Assembly (NCBI GenBank): GCA_018818595.1
Contig: JAHIRM010000049.1
Span: forward strand, 1-64,000
Length of the DNA stretch: 64,000 nucleotides
Origin: Bacillota bacterium
GTDB taxonomy: Bacteria; Bacillota_I; Bacilli_A; Izemoplasmatales; Hujiaoplasmataceae
Direction of reading: 5' to 3'
A program made the translations under genes and the position numbers. Below are positions 21,118-31,558 of the stretch, in pieces (within the stretch, counting starts at the first letter, position 1; every line of letters begins with the position of its first letter). Below the pieces are notes generated by a model, which worked only from the letters and a program-made list of their open reading frames with translations, ran no database searches and was not told where the DNA came from.

Positions 21118-21915
21118 ATGAAATTTTTTAACAAAACTCTTTTTGGTTTAGAAATTAAGCGAAGTTTAAAAGGTCTTTTAGTTTGGTCTTTTAGTTTAGC
21201 GATAACGATGTATTTGGTCATTATTCTATTTCCAATGGTAAAAGATATGTATGCTGCAATTCCAGAGGAATTTTACGATATAATGAATAGTTTTGGTGGT
21301 CTGCCAGATACCATTATGGAGTATTTTGCAACAGAAGGTGCTATGATGCTTCAAATATTTGGAGCTTTGTTTGCGGTGCTAGAAGGCTTTAATGCGATTT
21401 ACAAAGATGAAAAAGAAAAAACAGTTGAAAGTCTCTATTCACTTCCTTATCCAAGAAGCACATTTTACTTTACGAAATTGATTAAAATTACGTTTAATAT
21501 CGTAGTTTTCTCTCTTATTAACACTTTATTTTGTGTAATTGGATTTATAACGGTAAAAGAATCCATTGATGTTGGACTATTTGTAATCTTTTCAGTTTTA
21601 AATACAGTTATGTTTTTAATAATAGGTTATCTTGGTTTTGTCTTAGCTTGTTTCTTAAAATCAAGTTCCAAAAATATGATAGCCATTGCCATCCCATTTC
21701 CGTTTTACATCATTTCAGTCATTTCATTTATGACCAACAATGAATGGTTAAAGAAGCTACAATATATTACGCCTTTTACTTTTTCGAATCCCATAGAGAT
21801 TTTGAAAAACGACTTCTCGTTTGAATGGATTAGTTTTGTGGTTTTTGTCGGATTAACAATCGTTGGGCTTGTCGTTTCTTATACATTATTTAAAAAACGA
21901 GAGTTCATTGTATAA
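21118..21915 (+). CDS. ABC-2 type transporter permease
   Basis: 6-TM hydrophobic protein translationally coupled (TAAATG) to the ATPase. Confidence 0.6.
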   Translation: MKFFNKTLFGLEIKRSLKGLLVWSFSLAITMYLVIILFPMVKDMYAAIPEEFYDIMNSFGGLPDTIMEYFATEGAMMLQIFGALFAVLEGFNAIYKDEKEKTVESLYSLPYPRSTFYFTKLIKITFNIVVFSLINTLFCVIGFITVKESIDVGLFVIFSVLNTVMFLIIGYLGFVLACFLKSSSKNMIAIAIPFPFYIISVISFMTNNEWLKKLQYITPFTFSNPIEILKNDFSFEWISFVVFVGLTIVGLVVSYTLFKKREFIV

Positions 21916-21978
21916 AGGATTGATAAGCATTTGTCTTGAGAATCCTCTTTATTATTTGAATTTAATTTTACACAAACA

Positions 21979-22006
21979 TAAAGGACTTCGGTCCTTTTTA
22001 TTTTTC
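21979..22006 (+). terminator. Rho-independent terminator
   Basis: aaaggac-ttcg-gtccttt hairpin plus a T-run. Confidence 0.65.
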
Positions 22007-22071
22007 GAAAAATAGGTCTTTTCTATGAAAGCGCTTTATGTTATTATAGTAGTTGTGAAAGTGGTGAGAAC

Positions 22072-22377
22072 ATGAGGATTGAAAAACATCCAATTTTAGA
22101 TTTTTCGCCTAAAAAACAAATTTCTTTTCTTTTTAACGGTAAAAGTATATTTGGTTTTGAAGGCGATACGATTGCTTCCGCATTACATGCATTAGGAATT
22201 AAAGTGCTTAGTAAAAGTATAAAAGAACTAAGACCTAGAGGCTTTTACTGCGCCATTGGAAATTGCGGATCTTGCTTTATGAGAGTCAATAATGTTCCAA
22301 ACGTTAAGACGTGTATTACGTTATTAGAAGAAGGCATGATTGTTGAAAGTCAAGAAGGGCTTGGTGCCTTAAAATGA
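22072..22377 (+). CDS. (2Fe-2S)-binding small subunit (sarcosine oxidase alpha N-terminal-like, HcnA-like)
   Basis: 101 aa with C...GNCGSC...C cluster. Confidence 0.55.
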   Translation: MRIEKHPILDFSPKKQISFLFNGKSIFGFEGDTIASALHALGIKVLSKSIKELRPRGFYCAIGNCGSCFMRVNNVPNVKTCITLLEEGMIVESQEGLGALK

Positions 22378-23468
22378 TTGAAAAAGATTTGATTGTCATT
22401 GGCGGAGGACCAGCAGGATTATCTGCCGCAAAAACCGCTCTTGAAGCTGGGTGTAAAGTGCTTATTATTGAAAGAAATTTTTCGCTTGGTGGTCAACTTG
22501 AAAAACAAACGCATAAGTTTTTTGGATCTGAAAAACAATTTGCTAAAACAAGAGGATTGGATATTGCGAAAAAACTAATTGTGGCTATTAATCAGTATCC
22601 AAATCAATTAGAAGTTTTACTAAATACGACAGTTGTTGGACTTTATAAAGATTATGTTGTAACAACAATCCATAATGATATTTATAAGAAATATCATGCC
22701 AAATCTATCATCATTGCAACAGGAGCATCTGAAAAAGTCTTAGCGTTTGAAAATAATGATTTGCCTGGAATTTATGGGGCAGGAGCTGTTCAAACTTTAA
22801 TGAATTTAAATGGCGTTTTACCTGGTAAAGAAATCGTAATGGTTGGAAGCGGAAATATTGGGTTAATCGTGTCCTATCAATTGATTCAAGCTGGTGTGAA
22901 AGTCAAAGCTTTACTTGAAGCTTCTCCATCGATTGGAGGGTATTTAGTCCATGCATCTAAACTAAAACGTTTAGGGGTTCCTATTTTTTGTCAAACGACT
23001 ATCAAAAGAGCAGAAGGAAATCAATGCTTGGAAAAAATCATAACGACAAAATTAAATGATTCATGGGAGGAAATTCCTAATACTACTTCAGAAATCACAT
23101 GTGATGCATTATGTATTTCTGTTGGATTATCACCACTTCATCAACTGTTATCTATGGCAGACATAAAAATGAAATTTGTACCTGAATTAGGAGGACTTGT
23201 TCCTCGTATCAATAAAGATCATGAAACAAGCATGAAAAATGTGTTTGTTTGTGGAGACGTTACTGGAGTTGAAGAAGCAAGTAGTGCTATTGTTGAAGGA
23301 GCTTTAACTGGATTAATTGTTTCAAAACAACTAGGATATATTCATCCATTGTTTCACAGTTTATATGAAGATTTGCATCTTCAATTAGATAATTTGCGTA
23401 GTGGCCTCTTTGGTAAAAAAACCAGGATAGGACTAATTAAACTAGAGGAGAATAATCATGCTTACTAA
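22374..23468 (+). CDS. FAD/NAD(P)-binding pyridine nucleotide-disulfide oxidoreductase-family subunit (alpha-like)
   Basis: Two Rossmann dinucleotide motifs (VIGGGPAGLSAA and VGSGNIGL). Confidence 0.65.
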   Translation: MIEKDLIVIGGGPAGLSAAKTALEAGCKVLIIERNFSLGGQLEKQTHKFFGSEKQFAKTRGLDIAKKLIVAINQYPNQLEVLLNTTVVGLYKDYVVTTIHNDIYKKYHAKSIIIATGASEKVLAFENNDLPGIYGAGAVQTLMNLNGVLPGKEIVMVGSGNIGLIVSYQLIQAGVKVKALLEASPSIGGYLVHASKLKRLGVPIFCQTTIKRAEGNQCLEKIITTKLNDSWEEIPNTTSEITCDALCISVGLSPLHQLLSMADIKMKFVPELGGLVPRINKDHETSMKNVFVCGDVTGVEEASSAIVEGALTGLIVSKQLGYIHPLFHSLYEDLHLQLDNLRSGLFGKKTRIGLIKLEENNHAY

Positions 23469-23943
23469 AACAGGCATTCCAACAAAAGAAGATCTCCTTT
23501 CTAAGTTTCCAAGTCAAAGCGCACTTTTAAAGCCGAAAGCTCTTTTAGAATGTTATCAAGATATTCCTTGTAATCCTTGTGAGACGAGTTGTCCTTTCCA
23601 TGCGATAACCATTGGAAAAGACATTAATCTACAACCTGTTTTAAATGAAAAATTATGTACTGGTTGTGGAATTTGCATCTCGAGTTGTCCTGGACTTGCC
23701 ATAATGGTTGTTCAAATTCTAAAAGATTCCTTGCAATTTAAAATACCTTACGAATTTCTACCTATTCCTAAAAAAGGCCAAATCTGGCATGCATTAAATC
23801 GGGCTGGTCAAGTAATAGGAGATGCGTTAATCTTAAGTGTGATCCTTACTTCAAAACAAGATAAAACAGCTTTAGTTACAGTAAGTGTTGAAAAGAAGAA
23901 TCTATATGAATTTGTTACGATAAGGTGTCCAAATGAAAACTAA
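23458..23943 (+). CDS. 4Fe-4S ferredoxin-domain protein
   Basis: CNPCETSCP and CTGCGICISSCP cysteine clusters. Confidence 0.55.
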   Translation: MLTKTGIPTKEDLLSKFPSQSALLKPKALLECYQDIPCNPCETSCPFHAITIGKDINLQPVLNEKLCTGCGICISSCPGLAIMVVQILKDSLQFKIPYEFLPIPKKGQIWHALNRAGQVIGDALILSVILTSKQDKTALVTVSVEKKNLYEFVTIRCPNEN

Positions 23944-24214
23944 AGATATTATAATGTGCCGATGTGAAGACGTCACTTTAGATGAAATTCAAACATTATT
24001 ACAGGAAGGTTATACAACATTTGAAGATTTAAAAAGACAATTACGAATTGGAATGGGTCCTTGTCAAGGTCAAACTTGCGGTGAAATCATTCAACGAGAA
24101 ATTGCTAAATTTTTGCATAAAGCACCACAAGAAGTATTTACTCAAAAAACAAGACCTCTTACAACGGGAGTTAAACTAAAATCAATTGTGGAGGCTCTTA
24201 AAAATGAAAGCTGA
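23933..24214 (+). CDS. BFD-like (2Fe-2S)-binding protein
   Basis: CRCEDV...CQGQTCG motif pair typical of the BFD-like [2Fe-2S] domain. Confidence 0.5.
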   Translation: MKTKDIIMCRCEDVTLDEIQTLLQEGYTTFEDLKRQLRIGMGPCQGQTCGEIIQREIAKFLHKAPQEVFTQKTRPLTTGVKLKSIVEALKNES

Positions 24215-25349
24215 AATTGTTATTATTGGCGCTGGAATCAGCGGAGTTAGCATTGCTTATAATTTAGCAGCCAAAGGTGTAAAAGATATCATTGTAATTG
24301 ACCAAGGATATTTAACAATGGGTTCAACAGGGAGATGTGGGGCAGGAGTTCGACAACAATGGGGAACCAAAGCAAATTGTATTTTAGCAAAAAAAAGCAT
24401 TGAGTTTTTTGAAAATGCAAAAGAAATTTTAGAATATGATAAAGATATCGAGTTTAAACAAGAAGGTTACTTAATTCTTGCTAGCACCAAAGAAGAAGAC
24501 TTACAATTTACTGAAAATGTAACTTTACAACAACGTGTTGGCATTCCTTCAGTAAAAGTGTCAAAAGAAGAAGCGCTAAAGATAGTTCCTCATTTAAATA
24601 CAGAAGCTTTTATTAGTGCCACGTTTTGCAAAACAGATGGTCATTTAAATCCTTTTAAAATGACAGATGCTTATTTTCAAGCTGCCAAGAAACTTGGAGT
24701 AACATTTTTCTTTTTTGAACAAGTAAAAGAAATCATTGTAATTGACAATAAAATCACTAAAGTTGTCACTGATAAACGAGAAATTGAAACATCAAAAGTA
24801 TGTAACGCTGCAGGTGGATATGCTAAAGAAATAGGAGATATGGTTAAAATTGATATTCCTGTTTATTCTGAGAATCATGAAATACTTGTGACAGAACCGA
24901 TTGAGAGAATTCAAGGACCAATGGTGATGAGCTTTTCTAAAAATATCTATTGTCAACAAGTACCACATGGAAGTTTCATCATGGGAAGATCAAATCCTTT
25001 TGAACCAAAAGGACATAACACGAGTTCTTCATGGCAATTTTTAGATGAAATGGCAAAAACAGTATGTCATATATTGCCCATTATCGGAGATTTAAGAGTG
25101 ATTAGACAATGGGGAGGATCGTATAATATTTCTCCTGATAGGCAACCAATCATAAGTGATACACCCCAATTAGAAGGATTTTATATGGCATGTGGATTTT
25201 CAGGACATGGGTTTATGTTTGCTCCTATGACAGGAATACTACTATCTGAAATTATACTAAAACAAAAAACAACGTTAGATGTAACTGATTTAAGCATTAA
25301 CCGATTTGCATTAAATAATCCAACTGATTACGAACAATCAGTGGTATAA
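24204..25349 (+). CDS. FAD-dependent amino-acid oxidoreductase (DAO family; sarcosine oxidase beta / proline dehydrogenase beta-like)
   Basis: IGAGISGVS dinucleotide motif; DAO-family length and C-terminal GHGFM motif; probable start at 24204. Confidence 0.7.
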   Translation: MKAEIVIIGAGISGVSIAYNLAAKGVKDIIVIDQGYLTMGSTGRCGAGVRQQWGTKANCILAKKSIEFFENAKEILEYDKDIEFKQEGYLILASTKEEDLQFTENVTLQQRVGIPSVKVSKEEALKIVPHLNTEAFISATFCKTDGHLNPFKMTDAYFQAAKKLGVTFFFFEQVKEIIVIDNKITKVVTDKREIETSKVCNAAGGYAKEIGDMVKIDIPVYSENHEILVTEPIERIQGPMVMSFSKNIYCQQVPHGSFIMGRSNPFEPKGHNTSSSWQFLDEMAKTVCHILPIIGDLRVIRQWGGSYNISPDRQPIISDTPQLEGFYMACGFSGHGFMFAPMTGILLSEIILKQKTTLDVTDLSINRFALNNPTDYEQSVV

Positions 25350-25357
25350 AGAAAGGG

Positions 25358-26923
25358 ATGATTCATTTGGCAATGTATGATTATGTAACAGAACCTTTAA
25401 CAGATTTTTCAAATCCACTTGTAATTGAAAAATACAAGGAGGCTCTAAAATTAGTTGAAAGTTATTTAGGTAAGACATATCCTTTAATCATTGGAGGAGA
25501 AAAAGTTTTCACTAAAGTAACGTATACTTCTTTAAACCCTGCCAATCATTTGCAAGTGATTGGGCAAATTTGTCAAGCAGGAGTGAAAGAAGCCGATGAA
25601 GCAATGAAGGCAGCATTAAATGCTTTTGAAATCTGGAAAAAAGTATCTCCTAAAATCAGAAGCGATGTTTTATTTAAAGCAGCAGCTATTTTACGTAGAA
25701 GAAAATTTGAGTTTAGTGCTCTTATGACCCTTGAAGCAGGAAAACCCTGGCCAGAAGCAGATGCTGATACTGCAGAAGCCATTGATTTTTTAGAATATTA
25801 TGGAAGACAAATGTTATCAATGGATCGAATTGATGATGTCGTTTTAAGCAGAAGAAACATTGAAAGAAACGAATACAAGTATATTCCACTAGGTGTTGGA
25901 GCAATTATAACTCCTTGGAATTTTCCACTTGCAATTCTAACGGGTATGACATCAGCTGCCATTGTCAGTGGAAACTGTGTTATCTTAAAACCAGCCATGA
26001 CTACTCAAGTCATTGGTTATAAATTTCAAGAAGTATTAATTGAAGCTGGCTTGCCAGAGGGTGTACTCAATTTTCTTCCAGGAAGAGGTTCTGAAATTGG
26101 AGATTATCTTGTCAAACATCCCAAGACTAGATTTATCTCTTTTACTGGATCAAAAGAAGTAGGACAATCAATCTACGAAAATGCAGCTAAAGTGAACAAA
26201 GGACAAATTTGGTTAAAAAGGGTAATCGCTGAAATGGGCGGAAAAGATGCAATACTAGTTGATAGTGATGTTGACTGTGATTTTGCAGCGGATGCCATTG
26301 TAAAATCTGCATTTGGTTTTAGTGGCCAAAAGTGTAGTGCTTGTTCAAGAGCAATCATTCATCAAGATGTTTATGAAGAGGTTGTTAAAAAAATCATTGA
26401 AATAACAAACAAAATTCAAATGGGAGATCCAACCGATTATTCCAATAATATGGGTCCTGTCAACGATGGAAAAGCATTTGAAAGCATATCTCAATACATC
26501 GAAATCGGAAAAAAAGAAGGCAAATTAGTAGCTGGTGGAAAGACATATCAAAAAATTGGATGGTTCATTGAACCAACGGTTTTTATTGATTTAGACCCTA
26601 TGGCAAGAATCATGCAAGAAGAAATTTTCGGACCTGTTCTTTCTGTTTGTAAGGTAAAATCATTTGAAGAAGGAATTGAAGTGGCTAATAATACAGAATT
26701 TGGATTGACCGGAGCTGTTCTTTCAAATAATCGCATGCATTTAGAAATGGCACGAGATGATTTTCATGTAGGAAATTTATACTTAAACCGTAAATGTACT
26801 GGTGCAATCGTTGGATATCAACCTTTTGGTGGTTTCAACATGAGTGGTACCGATTCAAAAGCTGGGGGACCAGATTATTTAGTACTACATATGCAAGGGA
26901 AATCAATTTCAGAAGCTCTATGA
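25358..26923 (+). CDS. rocA: 1-pyrroline-5-carboxylate dehydrogenase (RocA/PutC-type ALDH)
   Basis: N-terminal [15 protein letters not shown]...[15 protein letters not shown] closely resembles Bacillus RocA; ALDH Glu/Cys active-site motifs ([19 protein letters not shown]). Confidence 0.8.
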   Translation: MIHLAMYDYVTEPLTDFSNPLVIEKYKEALKLVESYLGKTYPLIIGGEKVFTKVTYTSLNPANHLQVIGQICQAGVKEADEAMKAALNAFEIWKKVSPKIRSDVLFKAAAILRRRKFEFSALMTLEAGKPWPEADADTAEAIDFLEYYGRQMLSMDRIDDVVLSRRNIERNEYKYIPLGVGAIITPWNFPLAILTGMTSAAIVSGNCVILKPAMTTQVIGYKFQEVLIEAGLPEGVLNFLPGRGSEIGDYLVKHPKTRFISFTGSKEVGQSIYENAAKVNKGQIWLKRVIAEMGGKDAILVDSDVDCDFAADAIVKSAFGFSGQKCSACSRAIIHQDVYEEVVKKIIEITNKIQMGDPTDYSNNMGPVNDGKAFESISQYIEIGKKEGKLVAGGKTYQKIGWFIEPTVFIDLDPMARIMQEEIFGPVLSVCKVKSFEEGIEVANNTEFGLTGAVLSNNRMHLEMARDDFHVGNLYLNRKCTGAIVGYQPFGGFNMSGTDSKAGGPDYLVLHMQGKSISEAL

Positions 26924-27009
26924 TGATTAAACATCACATTTTTGTGGTGTTTTCTTTCGTAAATTAGATGAATATATCATCCTAAAATATATAAAGGTAG
27001 GTAAAATTT

Positions 27010-28005
27010 ATGAAGTTAGATGAATTAAAAGCATTGTATGAAAGAAATCATTTGCCCGAAGTAGATTATCTATTTGCTGAAAAAATAATTTTGAATTTTC
27101 AATTATTTTTAGATGAACTACATCAAAATCTTTTCATTGATGAAATTGATTCAAATTATTTGGATCAATACATTGCGTTGTTATTAGAAAACAACTCTTC
27201 CACGGTGGAAGCATTTATCGTTTTACTTAGATATTATAGAGTCGCAAAAAGAAATGATTTATTTATTCATCTTACAAGATATACAGGTGGAATAGATGTA
27301 ATCGAACAAATTCTTAAAAGACTCGAAAGATTATCTGGAAAAGAATTGATGGAAAAAATCATGGAAGGATTACCTATTCCAAAACTTGGAACACATCCAA
27401 AACGAATTCCTTTTTTTACTCAGGAATTTGTAAAGAGGCTTGAAAAGGATTTTTCTCAAGAACAAGTTGAACAAATCTTGACAGGAAATAACCATGATGT
27501 TTCAAAAGAAGCAATATTACCTGAGAAAATTGAATACGAAAATGCTCCATCTCTAGAAGTGTATTTAAAAGAAAGACATCTTCGAAAAGTAAAAGAATTA
27601 CAAGCACACTGTGATGAACGTAAAGTATGGTTTGAACAAGACATTACACAAGAAGTAGTAGATTTTGTAGCCAAGGATCAAGAGTTACTATCAGCAATCT
27701 TAAAAGACAATAAATTGTATATGACCAAAATTCCTTATGATACAGTGTCTTATTTAAATGCCAATTCATCAGAAGAAAAAAGGTATTTTGCATGTCACTG
27801 TCCATTTGCTAGAGAATCCATTAAACAAAAAGAAGTTCATATTTCAAAAAACTGGTGTTATTGTAGTGCAGGATTTGAAAAATTTCCTTTTGAAGTGATA
27901 CTAGATCAAAAATTAAAAATTAAGTGTTTGAAATCGGCATTAGATCCAAAGGATACTGTTTGTCGTTTTGAAGTATCACTTGAAGGGATTAAATACAAAA
28001 AATAA
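27010..28005 (+). CDS. hypothetical protein with Cys-rich C-terminal domain
   Basis: 331 aa; helical N-terminal region; C-terminal CHCP...WCYCSAGF...C...C motif set suggests metal binding. Confidence 0.4.
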   Translation: MKLDELKALYERNHLPEVDYLFAEKIILNFQLFLDELHQNLFIDEIDSNYLDQYIALLLENNSSTVEAFIVLLRYYRVAKRNDLFIHLTRYTGGIDVIEQILKRLERLSGKELMEKIMEGLPIPKLGTHPKRIPFFTQEFVKRLEKDFSQEQVEQILTGNNHDVSKEAILPEKIEYENAPSLEVYLKERHLRKVKELQAHCDERKVWFEQDITQEVVDFVAKDQELLSAILKDNKLYMTKIPYDTVSYLNANSSEEKRYFACHCPFARESIKQKEVHISKNWCYCSAGFEKFPFEVILDQKLKIKCLKSALDPKDTVCRFEVSLEGIKYKK

Positions 28006-28049
28006 TGTAAATCGAAATTTGAGAATGAAGAAAAAAAGGAGAATCTTAT

Positions 28050-28382
28050 ATGAAAACATTTGATATAAAATCAATGATGCCAACTACTTTAGTTGCTGAA
28101 ACCAATCTATTAAGAATTCTTCGCGAGAACAAATCAGAAAAGATGATTAAAATTATTCATGGATATGGGTCTACAGGTGTTGGAGGAACCATTAAAAACA
28201 TGGTTCATAGAACATTAAAAAAGAAACAAAACTCAAATGAAATTAAAGCATTTATACCTGGAGAAGCTACGGTTTCTTTAATTGGGTATGATGAAATCAT
28301 TCGGATGTATCGAAGCATATTGATTAAGGATTCAGACTTTAAAAAAGGCAATGATGGCATTACGTATGTCATCTTAAAATAA
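28050..28382 (+). CDS. small Smr-domain protein
   Basis: 110 aa with the IHGYGSTGVGG motif typical of standalone Smr domains (HGxG). Confidence 0.55.
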   Translation: MKTFDIKSMMPTTLVAETNLLRILRENKSEKMIKIIHGYGSTGVGGTIKNMVHRTLKKKQNSNEIKAFIPGEATVSLIGYDEIIRMYRSILIKDSDFKKGNDGITYVILK

Positions 28383-28540
28383 CCAATAAAATAGGATACA
28401 TTTTAGAATCAATGTAACCTTTCTCTTATTACAAAATCTCCGCTTTTTTTTCTTTGATTTTTAAAGCATAAGTGTTATAATATCGGTGTAAGCGTTTTCC
28501 AAATCTGGATGGAAAACCAAAATATAAAAGGAGGAACAAA

Positions 28541-29611
28541 ATGAACAAGTTTGATTACATGGAGAAACACGGCTACGAACAAATCGTCTATTTTTACGAC
28601 AAAACAACAGGGTTAAAAGGAATGACTTGTATTCACAATACAACCTTAGGACCTGCTTTAGGCGGAACCAGGCTATGGAATTATGAATGTGAAGAAGATG
28701 CAGCTTTAGATTGTTTACGTTTAGCAAGAGGAATGACTTATAAAGCAGCTGCAGCAGGATTAAATTTAGGTGGAGGAAAGACTGTTTTAATCGGTGATGC
28801 AAATGTTGTCAAAAACGAAGCCTATTTTAGAGCTTTAGGTCGATACGTTCAAAGTTTAAATGGACGCTATATTACCGCAGAAGATGTAAATACTTCAACA
28901 AAAGATATGGATTATGTTCATATGGAAACAGATTACGTAGTAGGACTTGAAGGAAAATCAGGAAATCCATCTCCATACACTGCATTAGGAGTTTTTTATG
29001 GAATCAAAGCATCTTTACAAGTTACCTTTGGAGATGATGATATCTCTAAATATACATTTGCTGTACAAGGAACAGGACAAACAGGATATTATTTAATTAA
29101 TTTTTTACTTGAAGCAAAAGCAAAAAAAATCTACTTTACAGAAATCAATCCATCCCATATTTCAAGAATGAAAAAAGAACATCCAGAAGTTGAATTTGTT
29201 AAGCCAGAAGAAATCTTCTCATTGAATGTTGATGTATTTTCACCTTGTGCAATGGGTGCGCAATTAAACGATAATACGATTCCTCAAATTAAAGCTAAAA
29301 TCGTTGCAGGTTCAGCAAATAACGTTTTAGAAGACGAAGAAAAACATGGATTAATGATTAAAGAAAGAGGCATTTTATACGCTCCTGACTTTGTTATCAA
29401 TGCCGGTGGACTAATTAACGTATACCATGAACTTGTTATCTATAATGAAGAAAGATCAAAAAGAGACATTTCTAAAATTTATGACAGATTGATAGATATT
29501 TATTCCATTGCCAAAAAAGAAGACATTTCAACACATGCAGCTGCTAAACTTTTTGCAAAGAATAGAATCGAAACAATTAATAACGTTCATTCGAATTATA
29601 TTAAAAGGTAA
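28541..29611 (+). CDS. ldh: leucine (branched-chain amino acid) dehydrogenase
   Basis: Glu/Leu/Phe/Val dehydrogenase family; catalytic-lysine region GGGK and NAD Rossmann GTGQTG. Confidence 0.85.
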   Translation: MNKFDYMEKHGYEQIVYFYDKTTGLKGMTCIHNTTLGPALGGTRLWNYECEEDAALDCLRLARGMTYKAAAAGLNLGGGKTVLIGDANVVKNEAYFRALGRYVQSLNGRYITAEDVNTSTKDMDYVHMETDYVVGLEGKSGNPSPYTALGVFYGIKASLQVTFGDDDISKYTFAVQGTGQTGYYLINFLLEAKAKKIYFTEINPSHISRMKKEHPEVEFVKPEEIFSLNVDVFSPCAMGAQLNDNTIPQIKAKIVAGSANNVLEDEEKHGLMIKERGILYAPDFVINAGGLINVYHELVIYNEERSKRDISKIYDRLIDIYSIAKKEDISTHAAAKLFAKNRIETINNVHSNYIKR

Positions 29612-29614
29612 TCT

Positions 29615-30262
29615 ATGAAACGGATTACTTTTATTACGGGATATTATGGCTCAGGAAAAACCGAAATAGCGCTAAACTTAGCAATTCAAAAAAAGCTCAA
29701 TGTACTAGTAGATCTTGATATTATTAATCCTTATTTTCGTAGTCGTGAATTAAAAACCTATTTGTTAGAATTTGGAATTGAAACCATTTCGTCTGATTTG
29801 AAAGATGGAATGTATGCAGATTTACCCTACATTTCAAAACGAGTCTTTCTTCCATTTCAAAACAAAGAATTAAGTGCTATCTATGATTTAGGTGGTAACG
29901 ATTTAGGAGCGAAACTTCTACGTCAATTTGATAATACAAACAATGAAGAGGTTGATAATTTACTCATCATTAATGTATTCCGAGAAGAAACAAGTACAAA
30001 AGAGAAAATCATTCAATTAATACATGATATTGAAGAAGCAAGTGGATGGAAAATTACCGGCCTGATTCATAATTCAAATCTTTTAAAGGAAACCTCTATT
30101 GACGATATTTTATACGGTGAACAAATTGCAAAAGAGGTTGTAAAAGAGACCGGATTAAAGGTAATTTTTTCATGCATTTCAGATGATATTAATTTAGGTA
30201 AAAACTTATTAATTGGAGAACTATTACCAATTAAAATCTATTTAAGAAAAAAATGGTACTAA
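29615..30262 (+). CDS. uncharacterised P-loop NTPase (GSGKT Walker A, G3E/SIMIBI-like)
   Basis: ITGYYGSGKTEIALNLA Walker A; 215 aa; embedded between ldh and vorD. Confidence 0.45.
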   Translation: MKRITFITGYYGSGKTEIALNLAIQKKLNVLVDLDIINPYFRSRELKTYLLEFGIETISSDLKDGMYADLPYISKRVFLPFQNKELSAIYDLGGNDLGAKLLRQFDNTNNEEVDNLLIINVFREETSTKEKIIQLIHDIEEASGWKITGLIHNSNLLKETSIDDILYGEQIAKEVVKETGLKVIFSCISDDINLGKNLLIGELLPIKIYLRKKWY

Positions 30263-30272
30263 GGAGGAACAC

Positions 30273-30491
30273 ATGCCAAAAGGAAAAACAATATTTGATT
30301 ATGAAAAATGCAAAGGATGTTTGTTATGTGTGGAATTTTGTCCACAACACATTCTTTACCAAGATAAAACAACCTTAAATAAAGCAGGATATAACATCAT
30401 CAAAGTAAATGATATAGAAAAATGTACTGGTTGTGCATTTTGTGCAATGATGTGTCCCGATTCTGTTATTACAGTCGAGGTGAATAAATAA
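30273..30491 (+). CDS. vorD: 2-oxoacid:ferredoxin oxidoreductase delta subunit (2x[4Fe-4S] ferredoxin)
   Basis: Two CxxCxxCxxxCP motifs; TAATG coupling to the alpha subunit. Confidence 0.75.
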   Translation: MPKGKTIFDYEKCKGCLLCVEFCPQHILYQDKTTLNKAGYNIIKVNDIEKCTGCAFCAMMCPDSVITVEVNK

Positions 30492-31558
30492 TGGCTAAAA
30501 TACTTATGAAAGGCAATGAAGCAATTGCCTTAGCAGCAATTAAAGGTGGAATCGATGCTTATTTTGGATATCCAATTACTCCTCAAAATGAAATTTCTGA
30601 ATATTTATCCAAATATTTATTAAAAAACGGAAAAATCTTTTTACAAGCAGAGTCTGAAGTTGCGGCAATTAATATGGTATATGGAGCAGCAGGAGCAGGA
30701 GCTAGAGTTATGACTTCGTCTTCCTCACCCGGAATTGCTTTAAAGCAAGAAGGAATTTCTTATATTGCTGGTGCTGAATTACCATGTGTTATTATTTCTG
30801 TAATGCGCGGAGGACCTGGGCTTGGTGGAATTCAACCTTCACAAGCTGATTATTATCAAGCGACAAGAGGCGGAGGAAATGGAGACTATCAAGTTATCGT
30901 TTTCGCACCGGAAACCATTCAAGAAACCATAGATGTAGTCAAGGAATCATTTGACATTGCTGATTATTATCGCAATCCAGTTATGATTTTAGTCGATGGG
31001 TTAATTGGTCAAATGATGGAATCTGTCGATTTTGATAAAACTGTTAAAACTAGATTTATTCCTGAAAAAGATTATATTACAACAGGAACAGCAAATCATC
31101 TTGGAAGAAACATTGTGAATTCATTGTTTTTAGATCCAGTTGAATTAGAGCAACATAATTTTAAGCTACAAAAAAAGTATCAAAAAATTAAAAACAATGA
31201 AACAAAATTTGAACTAATTAATATGAGTCAACCAGAATACGTAATTGTTGCTTATGGAACCATGGCAAGAATTTGTCGTTCTGCGATAGAATTATTAAGT
31301 GAAGAAGGCATTAATGTAGGAATGATTCGACCTGTTTCATTATGGCCTTATCCTAAAGCAGCATTTAAAGAAATTAGTGAAGATTGTAAAGGCATACTTT
31401 GCTGTGAAATGAGCATGGGGCAAATGCTTGATGATGTTTTAATATCCAACAACGGTAAATTTGAAGTTGGATTCTTTGGGCGTGTTGGTGGAATGGTTCC
31501 TGAACCTGAGGAAGTTGTTCAAGCCATCAAAAATTTTAAGGATAAGGTGGTTAAATAA
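30491..31558 (+). CDS. vorA: 2-oxoacid (ketoisovalerate/pyruvate):ferredoxin oxidoreductase alpha subunit
   Basis: PorA/VorA family; TAATG coupling at both ends. Confidence 0.8.
   Translation: MAKILMKGNEAIALAAIKGGIDAYFGYPITPQNEISEYLSKYLLKNGKIFLQAESEVAAINMVYGAAGAGARVMTSSSSPGIALKQEGISYIAGAELPCVIISVMRGGPGLGGIQPSQADYYQATRGGGNGDYQVIVFAPETIQETIDVVKESFDIADYYRNPVMILVDGLIGQMMESVDFDKTVKTRFIPEKDYITTGTANHLGRNIVNSLFLDPVELEQHNFKLQKKYQKIKNNETKFELINMSQPEYVIVAYGTMARICRSAIELLSEEGINVGMIRPVSLWPYPKAAFKEISEDCKGILCCEMSMGQMLDDVLISNNGKFEVGFFGRVGGMVPEPEEVVQAIKNFKDKVVK

Noticed and set aside
22393-22578. Same-strand alternative-frame ORFs 22393-22578 and 32379-32576
   Set aside because: They are nested within the FAD-oxidoreductase and vorC genes in another frame, with no independent support.
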